NCBI GenBank assembly: GCA_947303185.1
Contig: CAMYXF010000002.1
Span: forward strand, 55,747 to 119,746
Length of the DNA: 64,000 nt
Source of the DNA: an uncultured Clostridia bacterium
GTDB taxonomy: Bacteria; Bacillota; Clostridia; Saccharofermentanales; Saccharofermentanaceae
Direction: 5' to 3'
In this document: one piece after another, positions 49,471 to 58,340 of the stretch
Layout of the letters: every line of letters begins with the position of its first letter
How positions within the stretch are numbered: the first letter of the stretch is position 1
Notes under the pieces: model-generated
The model's input: only the letters and a program-made list of their open reading frames with translations
Databases searched by the model: none
What the model was told of the DNA's origin: nothing
Translations under genes and position numbers: made by a program

Positions 49471-51303
49471 TTATTTGCGGTTCTTTTTCTTAGCCTTTTT
49501 CTCAAGATACATAGCTTTATCAGCCAGGCTCATACATTCAAGGAGATCTTTCCATTCAGTCAGCTCGCTGGTACCTATACTTGCGCTTAATTCATATGGA
49601 TACTTCTTTTTCTCGTTTATATCCTTCAGATTATTTCTGACACTTCTGATGAACTGACCAATTCGACCCACATCGGTAAGGATAAGAACCGCTACAAACT
49701 CATCACCGCCCATCCTGGCAACAAATTCCTTGGATTTAAGGGCATTATAGATGCACTTTGAAGTCTCTTTTATTGCATCATCACCGCAATTGTGTCCAAA
49801 AGTATCATTTATATACTTTAAGCCGTCCATATCTATCGATACGATTGCAATGTTATAAAGTTTATTCTTATCTTTATCGAACAGCTCATTGAACTTCTTT
49901 TCAAATCCTTTTCTGTTCAAAAGTCCAGTAAGTGAATCTTTGATATAGAGGTCCATAATATCAGCAATACCAAAGTATTTCTGATATAGATCCAGCTTAT
50001 TGATTACCTGCCCGGCCTGAAGGAAAATAAATTCGATCTTCTCATTGATAAAACCGGGTTCATTAGTATCAACAACAAGAACTGCATAACCGTATATGAC
50101 GTTCTTATTAGCTATAGGCAGGTATATTACCGTTCCTATTGCATCTTCAAGGAAACCGTCAGGCAAAAGCTTATCGTTGGAAAACGAGATGGAATCAGTG
50201 ATCTTACCATCTTTGTTAAAATAACCGCTCAAAGTCCTGTCATTTTCCTGATATCTGCAAATATAACACTCTTTTATACTTTCTTCGTTTTTCAAACTTC
50301 CAAGAGTAACTTTTAAGGCTGCTTCTCTTGTAAGACTTTCCTCAAAATCAGTACTTAAGAGAACATACTCTCTCATAGCTTCAATTGAATCAGAACTTGA
50401 AACCTTAAGATCACGCAAAGCCTGATAGACATCACGTCCCGCGTCTTCATCTCCGGTGCTTTCACGTGTAACTATAGTACCGGAAACACTTAAGTACAGA
50501 TCCTGGTTTTCATTAGCATACAGCTTCTCAAGCAACTCCATCGCTGCATTTACAAGTGTTTCTTCTGAGATTTCAATGGTTGTAAGCGAAGGAATATGGT
50601 CTCCGGCTTCTGTAATATTGTCTATGCCGCTGATCATGGTATCACCCGGCACGGAGAATCCTCTTTGGATCAATTCATCAATTAGCGTTACAGCTTCGTA
50701 GTCGTTCGAACAGATAATAGCTTCAGGTAATGTTCCATCTTCCTTAGTAAAGAAATCTGCCTGTTCCGGACCTTGTGTAATCCAATAGTTACCATGGAAT
50801 ATCATGTCCTCCCTGACTTCATAGCCAGCTTCACGCATAGCATCTTCAAATCCGGCACGTCTTTCAGCAGAATCAAGGAGATCATCTCTGCCCGTTACAA
50901 ATCCTATATCTCCCGTCTTACACTTAGAAATGACATATCTTGCAATCTCATGCATTATCGCCCTGTTATCAGGAACTACATTATAAAAACCATTTATCTC
51001 CGCCCTAATACATACAACAGACGGACATTCTGTGTCGTTTAATAGATTCTCTATGAGTTCTTTTGATAAGCCTGCCTGATCAATAGTATCAGCACATAAG
51101 ATTATTCCGTCGTATTCATGAACAGGCGGCAATGAAAGGATGCTCTTATATCCGATTACTTGAAGAGGGTTATTACTAGGCACTGAACAGTTGCCAAATA
51201 CATCTACCCTATGCCCTTTCTTTCTGGCATAAGCATCGATACATCTGATGATGGACGCGGAGTAGTCCCTGTACATGTCTCCGATAAAAGCACATATCTT
51301 CAT
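49471..51303 (-). CDS. Diguanylate cyclase with N-terminal LacI-type sugar-binding sensor domain
   Basis: 'AERRAGFEDAM', 'PEAIICSND', 'SGIDN...PSLTT' (periplasmic-binding-protein fold); C-terminal 'DSLTGLLNR', 'DMDGLKYINDTFGH..GD', 'RMGGDEF', 'ADKAMY'. Start taken at ATG 51303. Confidence 0.92.
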   Translation of the reverse strand: MKICAFIGDMYRDYSASIIRCIDAYARKKGHRVDVFGNCSVPSNNPLQVIGYKSILSLPPVHEYDGIILCADTIDQAGLSKELIENLLNDTECPSVVCIRAEINGFYNVVPDNRAIMHEIARYVISKCKTGDIGFVTGRDDLLDSAERRAGFEDAMREAGYEVREDMIFHGNYWITQGPEQADFFTKEDGTLPEAIICSNDYEAVTLIDELIQRGFSVPGDTMISGIDNITEAGDHIPSLTTIEISEETLVNAAMELLEKLYANENQDLYLSVSGTIVTRESTGDEDAGRDVYQALRDLKVSSSDSIEAMREYVLLSTDFEESLTREAALKVTLGSLKNEESIKECYICRYQENDRTLSGYFNKDGKITDSISFSNDKLLPDGFLEDAIGTVIYLPIANKNVIYGYAVLVVDTNEPGFINEKIEFIFLQAGQVINKLDLYQKYFGIADIMDLYIKDSLTGLLNRKGFEKKFNELFDKDKNKLYNIAIVSIDMDGLKYINDTFGHNCGDDAIKETSKCIYNALKSKEFVARMGGDEFVAVLILTDVGRIGQFIRSVRNNLKDINEKKKYPYELSASIGTSELTEWKDLLECMSLADKAMYLEKKAKKKNRK

Positions 51304-51365
51304 ATGTCTATTATAGACATCAATAACTGATATCTGATAAAGAAACAATGAACTTTAAATGAATA

Positions 51366-52088
51366 TTAACTGAATACTGCAGCTACAGTCTTAAAGAGAA
51401 CTCCAAAATCTTTAAAGAAACCAAATTCCTTGATTGATTTCAGATTGTATGCCATCTTAGACGGAAGTATTTCATTAACATATACTTCATCCGCATCAGA
51501 AGCATTCTCTAACAACTCTGCTTCGTCCTTATACTCGATACTTGCAATAGACGTAATTCCGGCAGGCATAAGCAGCGTAGCCTTCATCTCGTCACTATAC
51601 CGGTCAACATATTTGACTACTTCAGGCCTGGTGCCGACAAAGCTCATATTGCCTGATAAGACATCAAACAATTGAGGAAATTCATCTAATCTGTGATCTC
51701 TTAATTTAGATCCGACTTTGGTAATCCTGACATCATTGTCAACAGTAACGCTGCTCCCTATCTTATCAGCGTTATTTACCATGGTTCTGAATTTATGTAT
51801 CCTGAACCTGGCACCATAGGAAGTAACTCTTTCCTGTCTAAAGAATACAGGTCCTTTAGAATCACATTTGATCATGATCGCAATAATGATCATTGGAATG
51901 CCAAGCAGGATTATAAGGTCCAGTGCAGCAAAGATATCAAATAGACGCTTAAAAAACAGACTAGCCTTGCGTCTCGATAACGCATCATAATAAGGCCTTA
52001 CGACCTCAGTTCTAATGTCATCAGGAAGCTCGTCCCATTTAGGAAGAATGAACCAGCGATTAGGCCTCAAAGTCTTATTGGAAGGCAT
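51366..52088 (-). CDS. Small priming phosphoglycosyl transferase (AATGal-1-P transferase-like)
   Basis: 'KWDELP...YYDALSRRKASLFFKRLFDI', 'KFRTM', 'RLDEFPQL', 'FVGTRPEV', 'PAGITS'. Confidence 0.9.
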   Translation of the reverse strand: MPSNKTLRPNRWFILPKWDELPDDIRTEVVRPYYDALSRRKASLFFKRLFDIFAALDLIILLGIPMIIIAIMIKCDSKGPVFFRQERVTSYGARFRIHKFRTMVNNADKIGSSVTVDNDVRITKVGSKLRDHRLDEFPQLFDVLSGNMSFVGTRPEVVKYVDRYSDEMKATLLMPAGITSIASIEYKDEAELLENASDADEVYVNEILPSKMAYNLKSIKEFGFFKDFGVLFKTVAAVFS

Positions 52089-52089
52089 C

Positions 52090-53346
52090 TCAACAACCTT
52101 TTACGATATCCGTAAAACAATCAATGATATATTGAACATCCTCGTCAGACAGCAAAGTGTGCAAAGGAAGTGTTATCTCATTCTCATAGAGATGATAAGC
52201 ATTGGGGAAATCTTTGATGTCTACACCTCCGCCCTTCACATGAGCACACGATTTATAAGCAGTCATCATAGGCAAAGGTTTATAGTGCACATTGCAGGAT
52301 ACACCCTTTTCTGCCATCTTTACGATAATCTCACGCCTCTTAACATCGGATGCACCGGGTATCCTCACGAGATAAAGATGTCCACTGGAAGAGAAATCCT
52401 CACCATAATGCTTAATATGATCGAGTTTTAAAGATTCACACATCTGATCATAAAGCGCAATTATCTCTTTACGTCTCTTCAACATGCCTTCATAACGGTC
52501 AAGCTGTCTCAATCCGATGGCAGCCATAATATCAGTCATATTGCATTTATATAGAGGCTCAATGATGTCATATTCCCATGAACCCAGCTGAGATTTAGCA
52601 AGTGCGTCTTTATTTTGTCCATGAAGACTGTATAACTGAAACCATTTATAGATTTCGTCATTATCTATGCCGTCAATATCTCTCCAGACACTGGCTCCGC
52701 CTTCAGCAGTAGTCAGATTCTTAACCGCATGAAATGAGAAAGATGTAAAATCAGCGATACTTCCGGCTTTCTTGCCATGCCATTCACTGCCCAACGCATG
52801 AGCACAATCGGCAACAACAGCAACTCTTCCTAAAGCTTTCTGTATTCTCATTCCAAGATCGCTCTTACCGGAAGGTTTAAACAATGACTTTTTGCTTTCT
52901 ACAACTTGATAGATCCTGTCATAATCACAAACTACGCCGCCCAGATCAACAGGAATAACAGCTTTAGTTTTCTCTGTGATCGCAGAAGCCAAAGCATCAT
53001 AATCCATCTCCGGATTGTCTTTCTGCGAATCAACAAAAACAACGGTAGCGCCCACATGTATTGCTGCTGCAGCAGAAGCAGAATACGTATAAGCAGGAAC
53101 GATTACCTCATCGCCTTCACCGATGCCGAGAATTCTCAGATTAAGCTCTTCTGATGCTGTAGCTGAAGCAAGACAAACACATTTAGAAGTCCCAACATAT
53201 TCAGCAATACGCTTTTCTAATTCCTTGGTTCTGGGACCTGTGGTAATCCATCCGGATCTCAGACAATCAGCAACTTCAGCTATCTCAAGCTCACTGATAT
53301 CCGGCGGAGAAAATGATATCTTTCTTTTTGCTATATCTGTAGACAT
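52090..53346 (-). CDS. DegT-family sugar aminotransferase (UDP-AATGal synthase-like)
   Basis: 'ISFSPPDISELEIAEVADCLRSGWITTGP', 'DCAHALG', 'SFSFHAVKNLTTAEGG', 'LHGQNKDALAK', 'YKCNMTD'. Confidence 0.88.
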   Translation of the reverse strand: MSTDIAKRKISFSPPDISELEIAEVADCLRSGWITTGPRTKELEKRIAEYVGTSKCVCLASATASEELNLRILGIGEGDEVIVPAYTYSASAAAAIHVGATVVFVDSQKDNPEMDYDALASAITEKTKAVIPVDLGGVVCDYDRIYQVVESKKSLFKPSGKSDLGMRIQKALGRVAVVADCAHALGSEWHGKKAGSIADFTSFSFHAVKNLTTAEGGASVWRDIDGIDNDEIYKWFQLYSLHGQNKDALAKSQLGSWEYDIIEPLYKCNMTDIMAAIGLRQLDRYEGMLKRRKEIIALYDQMCESLKLDHIKHYGEDFSSSGHLYLVRIPGASDVKRREIIVKMAEKGVSCNVHYKPLPMMTAYKSCAHVKGGGVDIKDFPNAYHLYENEITLPLHTLLSDEDVQYIIDCFTDIVKGC

Positions 53347-53347
53347 A

Positions 53348-55276
53348 TTATTTCGCCTCTGATGGTTTATATGTTTTAACTATTTGAGCAACAATCTGCT
53401 TAATGTCATCACTTTCAGATTTAGCTGCCAAATCAAGTTCTTTCAGCTGTTTTTCAAACTGATCATCATCCATGGGAATAGGCTGAGCGATAGAGATATC
53501 CTTGTTCTCTTCCGTCTCTCTTAAGCCTTCTTCATCCATAAGACGCTCTTCGTAGAGCTTCTCTCCAGGTCTTAACCCTGTATAAACGACCTTGATATCA
53601 ACATCAGGTGTCAGGCCTGAAAGCTTAATCATTTTACGAGCAACATCATCTATCCTGACAGGCTCTCCCATGTTAAGAACGAATATCTCACCGCCTTTGG
53701 CATATGCACCGGATTCCATGACAAGAACCACAGCTTCTGGTATGGTCATGAAATAGCGAATGATATTCTTATCTGTTACCGTTACAGGTCCTCCATTTGC
53801 AATCTGTTTCTCGAATATCTTCAGAACAGAACCATTAGAACCTAAAACATTACCAAATCGTACCGCTGAGAATGTCGTTCTGACATTTATCTCGCCCTTA
53901 TCAAAGAGTACTTGAGCCCGACGGTCCATCATCTGGATAACCATCTCACAGATACGTTTTGACGCACCCATAATATTGGTCGGATTAACAGCTTTATCCG
54001 TAGATATCAAGACAAAACGTTTAACACCATATTTAACAGCAGCTTGGGCCATCTTATAAGTTCCACCGACATTATTCTTAATTGCTTCATTAGGCGATCC
54101 CTCCATTAACGGAACATGTTTATGAGCCGCTGCATGGAAGATAATATCCGGCCTATACTTCTCTAATACGGAATTAACTCTATTGGTATTTCTGACAGAA
54201 CCAATAAGAGCAATAAGGTTTAGGCTATCACCATATTTAGATCTAAGCTCTCTTTCAATCCAGAAAGCATTATTCTCATAGATATCAAATATGATGAGTA
54301 ATTTAGGCTTAGCCATGGCTATCTGTCTGCAAAGTTCTGAACCAATAGAACCACCGCCACCGGTTACCATGACAGTTTTATCCGTGATATATTCTCTTAT
54401 TCGCTCTACATTTGCCTTTACAGGATCTCTTCCAAGAAGGTCGATAATCTCGACATTTCTGATGGAATTAACAGTAACGGAACCATCGATCATCTGATAG
54501 ATTCCTGGGATGATCCTTACCTTACAACCAGTCGCAGAACATATATCGAGTATTTCTTTACGGTCTACACCTTTGGCATCAGGTATAGCAAATATAATCT
54601 CATCGATATTGTAATCCTCAACTGCATTTTGAATATCGACACGGCTTCCTACAATAGGAACTCCGTCTATTTCTCTGCCAATCTTTACAGGATTATCATC
54701 AATAGCACAGCACACTTTAGCGTTTACGTGCCTGCTCATAACGATTTCATGAATTACATCTTTACCACAAGCACCTGCACCGATGATCATTATGTTGGAG
54801 CAATCTTTGGTGACAGAAGTATCTTTACGTATATAATTCAAGAATCTGAAACTGAATCTCACGGCCGTTGTAGTAACAAACCCGAATATAATCGCCATAA
54901 CCCAAACAGATATAGGCAGACGTCTAAAGCCTGTAATACGCTCATCGATCACTTCGGCAACAAATACGATCAAAGTAAAACAAATCCATGCTTTAACGAT
55001 CCTTTCAAATTCAGAAAAAGAAGCGAACCGCCAGATGCTGTTATACATTTTGAATACAGCCATCAGGACAATGATCAAAACAGCGCAAATCGGAATAATT
55101 ATTAATGATTGCTGAATGTATATGTCTTCGATTTTAGTGAACTTAAGATCATATCTTATAAGAAGAGCCACCGAGAAGCTCAAAACGATCATTACAAAAT
55201 CAAGCACCCCAATAATGAGTGCTCTATACACCCAGTGCCTGCTCTTTATCGGTCTTGTTTTAGTATTATCCGTCAA
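53348..55276 (-). CDS. Membrane-anchored UDP-GlcNAc 4,6-dehydratase (CapD/PglF/WbpM family)
   Basis: 4 N-terminal TMs; 'DLLGR', 'TGGGGSIGSELCRQ', 'HAAAHKHVPLME', 'STDKAVNPTNIMGASKR', 'RFGNVLGSNGSV', 'GLRPGEKLYEE'. Confidence 0.93.
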   Translation of the reverse strand: MTDNTKTRPIKSRHWVYRALIIGVLDFVMIVLSFSVALLIRYDLKFTKIEDIYIQQSLIIIPICAVLIIVLMAVFKMYNSIWRFASFSEFERIVKAWICFTLIVFVAEVIDERITGFRRLPISVWVMAIIFGFVTTTAVRFSFRFLNYIRKDTSVTKDCSNIMIIGAGACGKDVIHEIVMSRHVNAKVCCAIDDNPVKIGREIDGVPIVGSRVDIQNAVEDYNIDEIIFAIPDAKGVDRKEILDICSATGCKVRIIPGIYQMIDGSVTVNSIRNVEIIDLLGRDPVKANVERIREYITDKTVMVTGGGGSIGSELCRQIAMAKPKLLIIFDIYENNAFWIERELRSKYGDSLNLIALIGSVRNTNRVNSVLEKYRPDIIFHAAAHKHVPLMEGSPNEAIKNNVGGTYKMAQAAVKYGVKRFVLISTDKAVNPTNIMGASKRICEMVIQMMDRRAQVLFDKGEINVRTTFSAVRFGNVLGSNGSVLKIFEKQIANGGPVTVTDKNIIRYFMTIPEAVVLVMESGAYAKGGEIFVLNMGEPVRIDDVARKMIKLSGLTPDVDIKVVYTGLRPGEKLYEERLMDEEGLRETEENKDISIAQPIPMDDDQFEKQLKELDLAAKSESDDIKQIVAQIVKTYKPSEAK

Positions 55277-55290
55277 TTTTATACCCTTAA

Positions 55291-56769
55291 TTAAATAATA
55301 ATTGCTCCGATAATCTTCGTGCCGCCATTAGAGAGAAGATTTATCTCATTCTCTACAACAGGCTTTAATGAATATTTTCTCTGCTCAATTAAAACGATTC
55401 CGTCATAATCAGGAACAGACTTAAGCACTTCAGGATTATTAAATATATCCGGCTTAAAATCACCCTTTAATCCAAGCGCTTTTACAGCTTCGCTCATAGC
55501 CTTAGAATCGCCAGTACCGGTAATAAGAACCTTATTCAAATCCTTCGTTAAATTCGAATAATTGGCGCTTATAAGACCATTGCAATTCTCAACACTCGAC
55601 TTAGTGTCATCTTCAGTTTTAACATCAATAAATCGGATAAACTTTGATCTCTTACCCAAAGGCTTCATTACACCGATTCTCTTAATCTGCAAAAACAAAC
55701 CAAAGAACTGCGCTTGAGTAAGTATCTTCTTGCCAAAGATATAACCTATACCAACAAACACAGCTATCAATAACGCACCAGCACCAAAACCAATACCAAG
55801 CCACATAAGATTAGGAACAACCTTAGCTTTTATGTTAGTAATCGTTTCTGAATATTCTGTAGGAACTCCATCAACTTTTACATCATCATGTGTCTTAATA
55901 TACGTGATAAGAACGGATTTGTCAGACAATTCCAAGTTTTTTGCTATTACATCTAAGGCATTATAATAAGAAGTTATTTGATCTTGTAAAGCATTTAAAT
56001 GTGCAATTCTACTATTTTGTCCATCTCTAACACCTGTATCAATCCTAGATATTTTCTGTATTCCAACAAGAGAAATCGAGTGAGATGCAACAGTAACGTT
56101 AAGTTCATCATGAATACTTTGAATTTTTGAAATAACTACACTCATTGTATCATCCACAAATTCACGGGATGGACCATAAATAAAGAAATAAATAGAACCT
56201 GTTCTATCTACATTCTCTTCGTTTACATTGATAATTGTATTGTTTGCAACACTTGTGCTAAATCCAATTAATTCTCTGATATTGTCAGGTGAAGTGCCTA
56301 TTTCATTAGCATATTCATCTAAATAATCTCCATACCTAATTTCACGTTCATATGCTGAAAAGAGTGCACTGTCAATACCATTTGCATCACCGCCATCAAC
56401 AGTAAGAGTAATTTGAGCTGTTGATAAATAAACATTATTAGGATCGATTTGCATATAAATAGAATCAGAATTCGAAGCTATTTCATTATCTATTTGAACA
56501 TTTGTATAATCAATCATATCAACAAGAACACGAGCTCTTTCGATCTGCTGAGCTCGATACTGATATTGAGCATCCGACTCCCCTGCGTTGAGTTTCTTCG
56601 TGATGTCAAGAATATCGTTAGATTTAACAGTCTCAACCTTGCTGAAATTGATGTAAAAAAGACCTGCACCGGCAACTAAACCGACGATGATCATTAACCA
56701 GAGTTTCTTTAAAATGACGTATAATACGTCTTTAACCTTTATCACATATTCATTGTTAGCCGGATCCAT
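55291..56769 (-). CDS. Wzz/CpsC-like chain-length regulator with degenerate kinase-like C-terminus (paralog 1)
   Basis: 'IKVKDVL' + TM, long loop, second TM, tail 'VLITGTG...YDGIVLIEQR...KIIGAIII'; first gene of the locus. Confidence 0.7.
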   Translation of the reverse strand: MDPANNEYVIKVKDVLYVILKKLWLMIIVGLVAGAGLFYINFSKVETVKSNDILDITKKLNAGESDAQYQYRAQQIERARVLVDMIDYTNVQIDNEIASNSDSIYMQIDPNNVYLSTAQITLTVDGGDANGIDSALFSAYEREIRYGDYLDEYANEIGTSPDNIRELIGFSTSVANNTIINVNEENVDRTGSIYFFIYGPSREFVDDTMSVVISKIQSIHDELNVTVASHSISLVGIQKISRIDTGVRDGQNSRIAHLNALQDQITSYYNALDVIAKNLELSDKSVLITYIKTHDDVKVDGVPTEYSETITNIKAKVVPNLMWLGIGFGAGALLIAVFVGIGYIFGKKILTQAQFFGLFLQIKRIGVMKPLGKRSKFIRFIDVKTEDDTKSSVENCNGLISANYSNLTKDLNKVLITGTGDSKAMSEAVKALGLKGDFKPDIFNNPEVLKSVPDYDGIVLIEQRKYSLKPVVENEINLLSNGGTKIIGAIII

Positions 56770-56808
56770 TACACAGAACCCCCATATTATTTTTATATAA
56801 TCGTTAGA

Positions 56809-56837
56809 ATTATAAACTTCTTATTGTTTTTATACAA
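56809..56837 (-). promoter_or_regulatory. Putative sigma-A promoter of the polysaccharide locus
   Basis: TTGTAT-N17-TATAAT on the minus strand, 39 nt upstream of ATG 56769. Confidence 0.6.
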
Positions 56838-56969
56838 ATCAGGCATATTTACACGATTTCAGACATAAACCTAAAAAGTGTTGTAGTTTTAACACAATAG
56901 AACTCTTAAACATTGTAAGTAATCAAATGTGATAAGATTCTTCTAAAAAGAATATATTGGAGGCTATAT

Positions 56970-58283
56970 ATGACACTTTCCCAAGATGAATATAAGTTCC
57001 TTGAAAGCCTGATAGGCATAGCAAGTACTGGAGCTACTGAGGTTAAAGAACCCGGTATCGGCACTTTACCCTATGGTTCTGCTCCCTTTTCTGCTTTAAA
57101 GTTTTTCCTTGATGATGCTTCTAAAGCTGGAATGAGAACAGGCATAATTGAAAACAAAGTTGGCTGGTGTGAATTTGGACCTGAAGGCGCTGATCTGATA
57201 GGTATTGTTTGCCACCTGGATGTAGTACCGGCTGGAGACGGTTGGACTACTTCACCGTTTGAACTTACTTTAAAAGACGGAATCCTTTACGGCAGAGGCA
57301 TTGTTGATGACAAAGGTCCTGCCTGTGCTTCATATTTTGCCATGAAGAGACTTATGGCTTCCGGTTTTATGCCTTCAAAGAGGATCCGTCTGATTCTTGG
57401 AACTGATGAGGAGCGTACATGTTCCTGTGTTGAGACATATGCCGAACTGGGTGAGATACCTTCATTTGCAATTACTCCGGATGCTGAATTCCCTGTAATC
57501 TATGCAGAGAAAGGTATTTTGCATGTAAAAATCGTTAACTCATCACCTTCAGCTTTAAAGGCCATCGGTGGTTCTGCTGCCAATATGGTTCCCGCCTCCT
57601 GTTCTTGCACAATTGACGGAGTTGAATATTCAGCCAAGGGCAAGATGGCACATGCTTCAAAGCCTGAACTGGGTGTAAATGCTATATTTGAGCTCATTAA
57701 GCAGCTTGATACTGCTTCCGTAGACTATTCAAATTCACCTTTATTGAGCTTTATCAGCAAGGAAATCGTATATTCATCACCTGCTGAATATACAGGATGT
57801 AATGTTACTGATGAATCAGGAAGTGTAACTGCTAATCCTTCTGTTTTGAATTGTTCTGACTCAGGTGAATCTCTTGTCATCGATATCAGATGTCCTGTCT
57901 CATATAAGATGTCAGACATCGTGGCAAAATTATCATCAACCGCTGAAGCATATGGACTTACAGTTGAAGTACTGAATCAGATGGATCCTTTGTATAAATC
58001 TAAAGATCTTCCTCAGATTGCACTTCTTACTGAAATATGGAAATCAAATATGCCGTCTTACAGCGGTTATAAGCCAGAGTACTTATCCGAATACACTGAA
58101 CCTATTGCAATCGGCGGCGGTACTTATGCCCGTCATATGCCTAATACCATTGCTTTCGGTATACAGGCACCCTGGCAGGAAGACCAGTGTCACCAGGCTA
58201 ATGAATGCAGAGCATTATCAGATTTTGAAACAGATATTCAGGTAATGACCGAAGCTATAAAGGGATTGTCAGAACACTCGTAA
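56970..58283 (+). CDS. M20 family dipeptidase (PepV/Sapep-like)
   Basis: 'CHLDVVP', 'GRGIVDDKGP', 'GTDEE', 'PDAEFPVIYAEKG', 'GGGTYAR', 'CHQANE'; RBS GGAGG. Confidence 0.9.
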   Translation: MTLSQDEYKFLESLIGIASTGATEVKEPGIGTLPYGSAPFSALKFFLDDASKAGMRTGIIENKVGWCEFGPEGADLIGIVCHLDVVPAGDGWTTSPFELTLKDGILYGRGIVDDKGPACASYFAMKRLMASGFMPSKRIRLILGTDEERTCSCVETYAELGEIPSFAITPDAEFPVIYAEKGILHVKIVNSSPSALKAIGGSAANMVPASCSCTIDGVEYSAKGKMAHASKPELGVNAIFELIKQLDTASVDYSNSPLLSFISKEIVYSSPAEYTGCNVTDESGSVTANPSVLNCSDSGESLVIDIRCPVSYKMSDIVAKLSSTAEAYGLTVEVLNQMDPLYKSKDLPQIALLTEIWKSNMPSYSGYKPEYLSEYTEPIAIGGGTYARHMPNTIAFGIQAPWQEDQCHQANECRALSDFETDIQVMTEAIKGLSEHS

Positions 58284-58305
58284 TATCAAGCTGAATTATA
58301 TAAAT

Positions 58306-58336
58306 GAAAAAGCGCTGCAAATTGCAGCGCTTTATT
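58306..58336. terminator. Bidirectional intrinsic terminator between convergent genes
   Basis: AAAAAGCGCTGCAA-A-TTGCAGCGCTTTATT inverted repeat with A/T tails. Confidence 0.85.
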
Positions 58337-58340
58337 CGTT

